DNA of 64,000 nucleotides from the IMG/VR virus record IMGVR_UViG_2788500220_000014, positions 1-64,000 of that record. One strand, written 5' to 3'. The DNA comes from a virus. Lineage: Duplodnaviria > Caudoviricetes. The position numbers and the translations under genes are program-made. The notes under the pieces are model-generated. The model did no database searches. It was given only the letters and a program-made list of their open reading frames with translations, and was not told the DNA's origin. The stretch's first letter is position 1. Every line of letters begins with the position of its first letter. Positions 1 to 8,083 of the stretch are shown here, one piece after another.

Positions 1-449
1 CCAGACGTCTGGTCCTGCATGGTCACATTACCAGAAACAAACAATTCCCCTTCATGAGATAAATCAACTTCTATTACTTGTCGTTCTGCATATAGTGTAC
101 CAGATATTACAACATCACCACCGAAGAGCACGACCGCAGGATTCACACCCACGGGAAGATCCCATCGTTGATTGGCCTCTGGGCTAGCCTGTGTACCAGA
201 AACAAAGAGATATACATCACTACCAACAACAAGCCCATCTGAGCTTCCCCAGCTGTCCCCAACCGTGTCATCATGTAGCATTGTTGGTGTAGCTCCAGGC
301 ATTGGCCCGCCTGTTAGTCCACCTTCGTAATCGATTGCAGTTGACGAACTATAAATCATCAACCCAGGGAAATTATCACCATATGAACCTGAGGCTATTA
401 GGTGGGTTACCCTTATTTGTTTTGCAAAGAAATCTTTAGGATTAGCCAT
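1..449 (-). CDS. Partial CDS running off the window end, probable virion/tail-fibre-type structural protein (MANPKDFFAKQIRVTHLIASGS...)
   Basis: ATG at 449, frame open to the window edge; Gly/Ser/Val-rich beta-type composition (FVSG, VISG). Not in the ORF track because it is truncated. Confidence 0.6.
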   Translation of the reverse strand, partial: MANPKDFFAKQIRVTHLIASGSYGDNFPGLMIYSSSTAIDYEGGLTGGPMPGATPTMLHDDTVGDSWGSSDGLVVGSDVYLFVSGTQASPEANQRWDLPVGVNPAVVLFGGDVVISGTLYAERQVIEVDLSHEGELFVSGNVTMQDQTS

Positions 450-461
450 TAATCATACTCC

Positions 462-779
462 TCATGTGGTACAGTCTCCAGATTCGAATGTAGGAGTGCA
501 CATTCCATAACAGTTTCCTGGCTCTTTAAGTCCCAATGCATGAATCTCTACTTTAAGTCCTGGTATTGGTCCACTGATAGTTATGCCCACCATATCCTTA
601 GTTAATTTAACTATTGCGCAATCTGCCAATGCTGGTGCATTACTTGATGCTGTCACATAAGGAATATCAGGAAACCCACCAGTGAAGTTATATTCTATGT
701 ATGTCTTATTTGAAGCATTAACATGTTTAACTTCTACTATCCACTGTGGGATATTCTGTCCTAAACTTGAACCTGGCAT
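462..779 (-). CDS. Small beta-rich protein, possible tail-fibre-associated
   Basis: F-x-x-x-F-P-D-I-P-Y-V-T-A pattern shared with the neighbour at 794-1165; GGAG RBS upstream. Confidence 0.5.
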   Translation of the reverse strand: MPGSSLGQNIPQWIVEVKHVNASNKTYIEYNFTGGFPDIPYVTASSNAPALADCAIVKLTKDMVGITISGPIPGLKVEIHALGLKEPGNCYGMCTPTFESGDCTT

Positions 780-793
780 TCTCTAATTACTCC

Positions 794-1165
794 TTAAGGA
801 CATTCAATCCATATAGCATGTAACATAACTGAACCTTCAAAGGGGTTTGAAACATGTATGGTGACAGTTTGATAGTCAACATGTGTGACTGTTGCATTTA
901 CATTTACGCCCATGTTGGGATCATTTGGATCACCACCGAACGATTTTGCAATGCATGTAACAATTGGTGGGTGTTCAGGGGGCCCAGGAAATGTGCATGT
1001 AAAAATGTGAGTACCTTCAACCATATCAGGAGTGAAAGGTATCTCAGCAACTTCCATCTGGAAGTTTAGATCACTGATCCATGCCCACCGCGGAGTGCGT
1101 TTAACAAACGGATAAACTTTTTTCCAGCGGTTTAAATCACGCTTTTTGAATGTAGTTGAACTCAC
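794..1165 (-). CDS. Small beta-rich protein, paralog-like to 462-779, possible tail-fibre-associated
   Basis: FTCTFPGPPEHPPIVT and MLHAI motifs resemble the 462-779 protein; GTG start with AGGAG RBS. Confidence 0.5.
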   Translation of the reverse strand: MSSTTFKKRDLNRWKKVYPFVKRTPRWAWISDLNFQMEVAEIPFTPDMVEGTHIFTCTFPGPPEHPPIVTCIAKSFGGDPNDPNMGVNVNATVTHVDYQTVTIHVSNPFEGSVMLHAIWIECP

Positions 1166-1221
1166 TTAAAACTCCTACTCTAATGTAAATATTGAGTGAG
1201 TCGAATAAAGTCAAGTTTCAA

Positions 1222-2529
1222 TCACAGAATGTTTGCAGCTAATGTAGCAATATCTGATCTTTGTCCGCGCGTGAGTTGAATATGCCCGGCAAAGGGAGTA
1301 GATTTAAATTTCTCAGCAACAATCGTTAGGCCGTTTGAGCTAGTATCAATATAGGGTGTATCAACTTGATCAATGTCACCTAATAGGACAATCTTTGAAC
1401 CTTTACCAACTCTAGTAATGATTGTTTTTAATTCATGGATAGTTGTATTTTGTGCCTCATCAACGATAACAAACGCATCATTAAATGTTCTACCTCTAAT
1501 GTAAGATAAAGGTGCAATATCAATTTTCCCTTTCTCTCTCATAATTTCAAAATATGTCATATCCCCAAATGCATGCCTAAAGTTGTCCATAATAGGAGCT
1601 AACCATGGTGACATTTTATCTTGCATATCCCCAGGTAAATACCCAAGGTCACGACCAACCGGTTGTATCGATCGTGTAAAAATAATTTGCTTATAGTTTT
1701 CCTTTGATAAATGAGCCATTGCAGCCATAAGAGTCAAAAATGTTTTTCCAGATCCTGCTAACCCAGTGATGCTAACCAATTGAATAGCTGGATCTTGTAG
1801 CATATGAAGAGCAAATCTTTGCTCTTTATTTCTAGGCTCAATTCCAGCTGTTTTAGCAAACTCGCCATTAGTCAATTGTTTAACTATATCACCATTAACA
1901 ATCCCCAATATAGATCCATTTGCAGGACCTTTACCAACAACAAACTGGTTTTCATGTAGTTCTTCATCTACAATAATTCGTTCTTTTGAAATTTTAGACT
2001 TCTTATAAAATAAGTCAATGTCTTTTTCCGCTAAATGAATTTCAGCTTGGCCTGTGTAAATATTTGATTTGTCAACATCAATATGATCTCTATAATAGTC
2101 CTCTGCAATAAGGCCTAAGGCATCGCACTTAACCCGGAGGTTAATATCCTTAGTAATTACTTTGACGACCTCCTCGGCATGTCCCCTGGCCAGGAATAAT
2201 GCTGTTGCAAGGATCTTGTTGTCTGCATATCTTGCGCTTAGGCCGGGTGGGATTGGTGCCTCTCCGTCTAGCTCAATTTCAACTCGAATAGTCTGATCAG
2301 AGTCTGGTATTTCAACTGCAGTATCTAATCCACCATTTGCGCGCAATTTATCTAGATATCGATTAACATATCTAGCTGATTCTCCTAACAATCCAGGTTT
2401 ATCTTTAAAGCGGTCTAGCTCATCAAGAACAGTTAGAGGAATAACAATATCATTTCCTGGAAAGGAATGAATGGCTGTCATATCATATAACAAAACCGAC
2501 GTGTCTAAAACTAATATTTTTCTTGACAT
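1222..2529 (-). CDS. phoH: PhoH-family ATPase with N-terminal PIN domain (PhoH2/YlaK type)
   Basis: PIN motifs VLDTSVLL, VLDELD, TKDINLRVK; Walker A GLAGSGKT; LGYLPG, YIRGRTF, VDEAQN, GDIDQVD. Confidence 0.95.
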   Translation of the reverse strand: MSRKILVLDTSVLLYDMTAIHSFPGNDIVIPLTVLDELDRFKDKPGLLGESARYVNRYLDKLRANGGLDTAVEIPDSDQTIRVEIELDGEAPIPPGLSARYADNKILATALFLARGHAEEVVKVITKDINLRVKCDALGLIAEDYYRDHIDVDKSNIYTGQAEIHLAEKDIDLFYKKSKISKERIIVDEELHENQFVVGKGPANGSILGIVNGDIVKQLTNGEFAKTAGIEPRNKEQRFALHMLQDPAIQLVSITGLAGSGKTFLTLMAAMAHLSKENYKQIIFTRSIQPVGRDLGYLPGDMQDKMSPWLAPIMDNFRHAFGDMTYFEIMREKGKIDIAPLSYIRGRTFNDAFVIVDEAQNTTIHELKTIITRVGKGSKIVLLGDIDQVDTPYIDTSSNGLTIVAEKFKSTPFAGHIQLTRGQRSDIATLAANIL

Positions 2530-2657
2530 TTATTCCAATTCGAAATCAAATAATTTACTCAACGTGTCCAATTCAATTCATAATGTTATTATTGTCATAA
2601 GTTAAATATTGTTGTTGATCGGGTTTCTAGGAGAATTCGGTATGGAGTAGGGAAAAA

Positions 2658-2936
2658 ATGAATGGCGATAATGATAAAGATGGCATAATACCAAATAGTA
2701 CATGCCATGGTGAACATGAAAGATATGAAATAAAATGTGAAAAAAAGTCGTGCAAATATTGGCACGACTTACCCGACAGTCAGAATTGTATCATGATAGC
2801 TGCACGTAATGGGGAACATACGCTACAACAAATAGGAGACATCTTTGGTGTCACAAGAATGAGAATATGCCAAATTGAAAAAATAATCTTTAAAAAGCTT
2901 TTAAAAAGATCTGATATTCATTCAACCGTTGACTAG
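2658..2936 (+). CDS. Stand-alone sigma-70 region 4 HTH protein with Cys-rich N-terminus
   Basis: HTLQQIGDIFGVTRMRICQIEKIIFKKL matches the sigma-70 region 4.2 consensus (TLEEVG..F.VTRERIRQIE.KAL.KL); four Cys in the N-terminal half. Confidence 0.8.
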   Translation: MNGDNDKDGIIPNSTCHGEHERYEIKCEKKSCKYWHDLPDSQNCIMIAARNGEHTLQQIGDIFGVTRMRICQIEKIIFKKLLKRSDIHSTVD

Positions 2937-4144
2937 TTTTTCATCCCACCAAACATTGTTATTGCAATTAATCCAGGAATTGAATCCTTAATATAGATTC
3001 CGGAAAACAATGTGTTTGCTCTTCCACCAACATATGCCGTAGCAGCCTCGAGCCGCTTACTAATATCCGGATCCGAAGCCATTAAAGAGGTTGCTAGCAA
3101 CAATAGCACACCGGTCTCAGGTCCTTGTGTGGGGGCCGGACATGGTGACCCCTTAATGGAACCTTGGAGGAGAGTAGAGCCTATGTCACGCCCTCCTGTG
3201 TCCTTAACCACAGTACTACCTAAAAAGATTCTTCCTGGAGTCTTAAGACATTTTTCTAAATCATTCGAATCAAATGCAGAAATAGATGAACTTTCATTAG
3301 CTAGTTTAAGGACCTGATGTAATAGTTTTGCAAAAGAGTTATTTGCAGCAGGGTACATATTCAACAGGCCTACTTTACCCCTAAGTAATTGTAGTTGTCT
3401 TTCATTATCAATTATAATATGAGGATTACCGGTAACATCATTAAGTGCAGTTGTGTAATTATTTTCAATTGTTGGGTTTAAAAGCTCTTGTGCAGTAGGC
3501 TTAGTAACAACATATATAACACCACCCCCGGCCTCTATGGACTTAAGATACCTAGCTAGTGCATGAGTAAGGATAGAACTAGCAGATCCAGTACCACCTC
3601 CGCCACCAGCCAGAACAAATACCCAATCGACATCATTACCGAGCCGGCTTCTACATGCATCTTCAACTAATGCACTATTTTCTTGAAGCAGCTTCTTTCC
3701 TAGTTCAATATCTTTTCCAACACCGTCTGATCCGGGGATTAAAACTACGTGATTTGAATCTACCCCATCCGGAAGATCTTTTTCCGTGGTATTAACAATT
3801 AATGTTTTATTAAACCCTAGATCTAAAAAAGCTTTTGCCAATTTTCCGCCGGCACCGCCGACACCGATAAAGGCACACTTTAATGCACTAGTAGCTGTAT
3901 TCTCGGGTAATAGTCTATCATCCTGGACAACTTCATCATCCATTCCTCCAACAAATCCCCAATCATCAACATCATTGATGTATGTATCGTCTGTCGTTTG
4001 GTCGGTATCTTTAGTACTCATATTTTTTTCCTCTAAGGTTTCATCTTTTTGTTCATCGGCCTTTTTATAGGTAGGTTGTTTAAGATTGTTATTATTAACC
4101 TTTTTCCTAACTTTTGTAAACGCGGCCTTAATGCTACTAGCCAT
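2933..4144 (-). CDS. Tubulin/FtsZ-family GTPase (phage tubulin-like); alternative start at 4021
   Basis: IGVGGAGGK (T1 loop), GVGKD, signature GGGGGTGS, IIDN, FDSNDL (T7-like). Both ATG 4144 and ATG 4021 have RBS-like sequences. Confidence 0.9.
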   Translation of the reverse strand: MASSIKAAFTKVRKKVNNNNLKQPTYKKADEQKDETLEEKNMSTKDTDQTTDDTYINDVDDWGFVGGMDDEVVQDDRLLPENTATSALKCAFIGVGGAGGKLAKAFLDLGFNKTLIVNTTEKDLPDGVDSNHVVLIPGSDGVGKDIELGKKLLQENSALVEDACRSRLGNDVDWVFVLAGGGGGTGSASSILTHALARYLKSIEAGGGVIYVVTKPTAQELLNPTIENNYTTALNDVTGNPHIIIDNERQLQLLRGKVGLLNMYPAANNSFAKLLHQVLKLANESSSISAFDSNDLEKCLKTPGRIFLGSTVVKDTGGRDIGSTLLQGSIKGSPCPAPTQGPETGVLLLLATSLMASDPDISKRLEAATAYVGGRANTLFSGIYIKDSIPGLIAITMFGGMKN

Positions 4145-4158
4145 GGTTTAACTCCGAA

Positions 4159-4521
4159 TGGTGGAGACGGCGGGAGTCGAACCCGCGTCCGAAACAAATC
4201 TAATATCAAGTCATTCACAAGTTTAGTTAATTTCTCTAAATCAACAAAGTATCCACAAATTTTCCCACTTCCTATGTAGCCTCGGAAGTCCACCCATTAC
4301 AAATGGGGTATCCATTGTGGTCTTGTTTATTTCGGTGGGACCAACCACTTATCCTAAATTGGTTAGATGGCTTTAGGAAGCCACCCGATTATGCCGCTAG
4401 GGCGTATTCGAAATTATCGTTGTTATTTGCAACTATATTTTGTAACGCTATCAAACCATGTGTTACCGCTGGTTACTTGCACTCTCAACCTTCATTACTC
4501 CGTCGAGACCATTTCGTCCCC
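4159..4521 (-). ncRNA. ssrA: tmRNA (SsrA), 363 nt
   Basis: 5' GGGGACG pairs with 3' CGUCUCC-ACCA, including the G3.U70 alanine identity pair; T-arm GCGGGUUCGACUCCCGC; internal tag ORF preceded by AUAGUU resume context. Confidence 0.97.
4389..4430 (-). other. tmRNA tag reading frame encoding ANNNDNFEYALAA*
   Basis: GCA AAT AAC AAC GAT AAT TTC GAA TAC GCC CTA GCG GCA TAA; the C-terminal YALAA is the canonical SsrA degron ending. Confidence 0.93.
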
Positions 4522-4526
4522 GTAGA

Positions 4527-4727
4527 CTACTTAGCTCCCTTTCGAGTTTTTTCCTCCTCGATTGTTAGTTTAACTAATTCTGCAGCTGAAGTCTTAAGAA
4601 GCCGCAATCCTCGGCGTGCACGTACACCCGCCGAATTGTTTCCATTGGCATTCTTAAGTACGTCAAGATCTAAACTCTCAACCAATACTTTAACTTCACT
4701 CCATTTATCAACAATTTTACTAGACAT
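4527..4727 (-). CDS. Histone H1-like (Hc1 family) small basic DNA-binding protein
   Basis: KNANGNNSAGVRARRGLRLLK matches the GNKAAGxRARK motif of Hc1-like proteins. Confidence 0.75.
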   Translation of the reverse strand: MSSKIVDKWSEVKVLVESLDLDVLKNANGNNSAGVRARRGLRLLKTSAAELVKLTIEEEKTRKGAK

Positions 4728-4737
4728 AATTTTTTCC

Positions 4738-5001
4738 TCACTCTGTTGTCAATATGTTGCTTTTCGAAGACTTTACGTCATCACTTATATTATCTATTGA
4801 ATCTAAAAACTGTTTAACACACTCAGATATTTTAATCATCGATTCCCTATCTTCTAGCTCAAGAGATAATAAATATGCTATTCGCAAAATTTGTTGCTGC
4901 GACACACCATACAACAATATTGTTTGTGTAATCTCCCTAGCAACAGCATTATCTTCTATTTGTTTTTCTGTAGATGACTTTCCGTATGTTTGTGCACTCA
5001 T
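4738..5001 (-). CDS. Hypothetical protein
   Basis: ORF translationally coupled to 5001-5486, with RBS. Confidence 0.7.
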   Translation of the reverse strand: MSAQTYGKSSTEKQIEDNAVAREITQTILLYGVSQQQILRIAYLLSLELEDRESMIKISECVKQFLDSIDNISDDVKSSKSNILTTE

Positions 5002-5486
5002 TACAATGTCTCTCCTATAAATGTACTATATGAAAACGATTCAATTTTAGCCGTATCGGGCCCCTCTAGAACTAACATTTTTCCATGAATTTCGTCTTCC
5101 ATCTGATCCCGAGTTAATACAATCGATTGTCCCCATTTTTTATTTTCTAGAAAAAATCGTGTATATTCCCACGTCGCTAAATCGACTTTATAGCTCTCTA
5201 AAATATCTCTTATGTCTCGTGGTATAGCAATTTTTATATCATCTACAGTCGTTATCGATCTAAGTTCATCTCTACCAGAAATAATTTCTGATCTACATAT
5301 ATCAATAATCTTGTGTATTACTCCACAATTATTACACTGTGCATATTTTGGTTCTACGGTACCGCTATCATCAATAACTGAGAATACTACGAACTTATGC
5401 CAAGGCCGTTCAGGCTTATTTTTATATTGTGGTAATACACAATGACACTCAACGGTGTGCTTAAGTCCATCCATCTCATAACTCAT
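5001..5486 (-). CDS. Hypothetical protein, putative Zn-binding
   Basis: ECHC and CNNC pairs; ATGA overlap with the upstream gene. Confidence 0.7.
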   Translation of the reverse strand: MSYEMDGLKHTVECHCVLPQYKNKPERPWHKFVVFSVIDDSGTVEPKYAQCNNCGVIHKIIDICRSEIISGRDELRSITTVDDIKIAIPRDIRDILESYKVDLATWEYTRFFLENKKWGQSIVLTRDQMEDEIHGKMLVLEGPDTAKIESFSYSTFIGETL

Positions 5487-5704
5487 TCAGTATTATTTTG
5501 AATTTCATTGGATACACGTGTGTAGGTTCGATCTGCCATGGTAGTTAGGGATCTATTGACAATTTGTGATAACAACTTAAATTGTTCATCGCTTAAAGAA
5601 AGTGCCCCTACTGTTCTTGCCTCAAGTAAATCAGCGGCTACAGAATTTTTAACTAGCTCTACCATGTCATATATGCATCGATTAACATCTGTTTCTAGAC
5701 TCAT
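5483..5704 (-). CDS. Hypothetical protein
   Basis: AGGAG RBS, coupled to the next gene. Confidence 0.7.
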   Translation of the reverse strand: MSLETDVNRCIYDMVELVKNSVAADLLEARTVGALSLSDEQFKLLSQIVNRSLTTMADRTYTRVSNEIQNNTE

Positions 5705-5775
5705 AATTTTCTCCTTTAATGATCATGATCATAACCAACAATATTAGTTATTCATTAAAAAGTAAACTTTTTGAT

Positions 5776-6246
5776 TTATTTTGCATGCTTATCTGCGACA
5801 AAGGCAGCCCAGGAATCAGGCTTAACTATACACTTATACCCCATTGATAAAACAAAGTTCTTTAAAGCCTTAAGGTGCTTCGAACTTTTATGACGGGGAT
5901 CCGGATTAAGATCAGCATGTACTGTAATATCTCTGCTTATAAGATTTGCTTTAAGCATTTCTGCTATTGATATTGACAAATCAGTTTCTCTTTGAAGCCT
6001 ATATCCCAATGCATTATACTTCTTTAAAGATTCCTTGTGCCGACTTACATAATACGTCCCACCATTTCCTGGAACATATAAACATATGACAGTCGCAAAT
6101 ACATACACATCTTTAACTTGTTGAGAATCTGTGCCTACATGAATTTCGAAATCTAAATTACCCAGAATATGTTTAACAATTTCTTTATATTCTACATTGA
6201 TTCCTGATCCGTTAATCCATATATTCTTTTGCCATTCATCAACCAC
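5776..6246 (-). CDS. Ribonuclease H-like YkuK family protein
   Basis: IHVGTDSQ, ETDLS, VHADL, VKPDSWAAFVAD motifs. Confidence 0.85.
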   Translation of the reverse strand: MVDEWQKNIWINGSGINVEYKEIVKHILGNLDFEIHVGTDSQQVKDVYVFATVICLYVPGNGGTYYVSRHKESLKKYNALGYRLQRETDLSISIAEMLKANLISRDITVHADLNPDPRHKSSKHLKALKNFVLSMGYKCIVKPDSWAAFVADKHAK

Positions 6247-6266
6247 TAGAAGTATTACCTTTTCTA

Positions 6267-7670
6267 TTACGTTTCTTGATCAAGAACTAAAAATGCGCCG
6301 GTATTATTAATACTACTTGCAGCATAGAAACCACCCATAATTCCATGAACCAAACTTAAAGCAGGCATATCAATAAATCCTAAACCTTGTAATTCGTTCA
6401 TTATATCATTAAGTATTTTTGTAACAAAGATGGATCCAGTCATTTTTTTTAAATCAGGTATATGAATAATGCCAGACCTATTAACCGTTGATAATATTCC
6501 TATTCCCGTTCCTGCTCTTTCTAACGTTAGGGGCAATATATCATTATAATCATGACCAAAAGAAACGCGAGTGCAGATAGATGTTAGGACCTTTATTCTA
6601 TCATCAATTAATCTAGACTTTTCTAAGACATGAGATTCTTTTTTTTGTTCACTTAATTGTGCAATATGCTTTTGAACATTACGGTACGTATTTTCATTTT
6701 GTATTACAACAGTACTTTCGTCAATATCAACTCGGGGAACAGTAACTATTTCATCAATATTAATTGATGAAATTAATTCTCCCTTAAGGGAAGATACGAC
6801 ATCTGTGCCACATATTACTGCTATATCTTTTAATAAATTTGACCCAAATAAATCATAAGGAATGACAACAGGAATAATGTCCAATGACTGCCTTTTAAAG
6901 TTTAAGCCTAAGGTAGCTGTAACTTCTTCAGAACAACCTCTACAGAAAATAACTCCAGGCTCTTTTGTTTCTGATAATGTGCTTAAAATATGATGTACCT
7001 CAGAGACAGATTCTAGGATGCCATCAATAACAAAGCATTTAACATTTGATCTTTTCCATCTACTTACTTTTGTTGGTACCCAAAATTCCCGTAATGGTGT
7101 AACTGGAACCCTGTAGCCCCTGTATGTCTCTATTACGGTATCATCTTTTGACAATGGATCTAGATATATTTGTCCATTATGACCACTTAATCTTGCAGCT
7201 GTAAAAATAATTTTTGAAATAATAGGATTTGAAATATAGTTTTCTAAAATCTTTCTACTATTGTTTATTGTTGTTATTCTTGAAAACCTAGATAGCTCAC
7301 TGATAATATCTTCAAACTCATTTAAATCTAACCTATGATTAAATGCTTTAAGCTTAAGGACCTCTTCAAGAACGTATAAGAATGTAATGCAGTTGACAAT
7401 AGAGCTTCCTGGTGCGGCCTTCTCGTAGTCTATAAGAGACTCTAAGAGTATATTTCGTACAGTTAGCCTTATTGAATCGCTACAATGGCGATTAATTATA
7501 ATTTTCTTAATATCAATAGCAGAAAACGCTACATAGCGATCATTAGATACATACCCTAATTTCGATGCTGCTAATAATTTTAAGTCTTTTTTAAGCTCGC
7601 CTATATAGTCAACTATGGTTGATGTTGAGTCATTATATGCTATAAGCTCCGAATAATTTTCTAAGGTCAT
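6267..7670 (-). CDS. Highly diverged GroEL/Cpn60-like chaperonin
   Basis: Apical-domain-like segments EPGVIFCRGCSEEVTATLGLN and LLKDIAVICGTDVVSSLKGE; IDDRIKVL; the GDGTTT ATP motif is absent (APGSS at the equivalent position). Confidence 0.7.
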   Translation of the reverse strand: MTLENYSELIAYNDSTSTIVDYIGELKKDLKLLAASKLGYVSNDRYVAFSAIDIKKIIINRHCSDSIRLTVRNILLESLIDYEKAAPGSSIVNCITFLYVLEEVLKLKAFNHRLDLNEFEDIISELSRFSRITTINNSRKILENYISNPIISKIIFTAARLSGHNGQIYLDPLSKDDTVIETYRGYRVPVTPLREFWVPTKVSRWKRSNVKCFVIDGILESVSEVHHILSTLSETKEPGVIFCRGCSEEVTATLGLNFKRQSLDIIPVVIPYDLFGSNLLKDIAVICGTDVVSSLKGELISSINIDEIVTVPRVDIDESTVVIQNENTYRNVQKHIAQLSEQKKESHVLEKSRLIDDRIKVLTSICTRVSFGHDYNDILPLTLERAGTGIGILSTVNRSGIIHIPDLKKMTGSIFVTKILNDIMNELQGLGFIDMPALSLVHGIMGGFYAASSINNTGAFLVLDQET

Positions 7671-7681
7671 GATTCAACATA

Positions 7682-8014
7682 TTAATGAGGTGTTTTCTTG
7701 TTACCCGTAAGTGCCCCAAAATCAAATAACTTTGAGTATGATTCAACTAGCTGTTCATTTAGCAAAGATGCATCTGATGACTTACTGCCTTGAATACCTG
7801 AGGAAATCGATTTAATTGCATCTGCCATAGCTTCTGCAGTGGCTTTCTGTTGCTGCATTTCGATTGCATATCTACAAAATACACCAAAAATTGATAATCC
7901 TAAAAATATGCTGCCTAACCATAAACTAGGGTTTGTAACAAATAAAACAACAGAACCAACTAAACTAAGTTCGCTCCATTGAATTGATACTTGATTTTTC
8001 ATATAAAACTCCAT
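7682..8014 (-). CDS. Membrane protein (two N-terminal hydrophobic segments)
   Basis: Hydrophobic stretches LSLVGSVVLFV and LWLGSIFLGLSIFGVFC. Confidence 0.65.
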   Translation of the reverse strand: MEFYMKNQVSIQWSELSLVGSVVLFVTNPSLWLGSIFLGLSIFGVFCRYAIEMQQQKATAEAMADAIKSISSGIQGSKSSDASLLNEQLVESYSKLFDFGALTGNKKTPH

Positions 8015-8083
8015 CCCATAAGTAAAGTACTTAATACAATATTACATACATGGACTTAAAAGTATAGTTCGGTTTACTTAGTT

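Noticed and set aside
4159-4190. Possible tRNA-Ala from the T-arm and CCA end
   Set aside because: There is no anticodon arm, and the matching 5' acceptor strand is 363 nt away, so it is tmRNA. I recognised no true tRNA in the window.
4033-4800. ORFs 4033-4293 (-), 4049-4279 (+) and 4303-4800 (+)
   Set aside because: They overlap the tmRNA and Hc1-like gene; YAARAYSKLSLLFA is simply the antisense of the tag frame.
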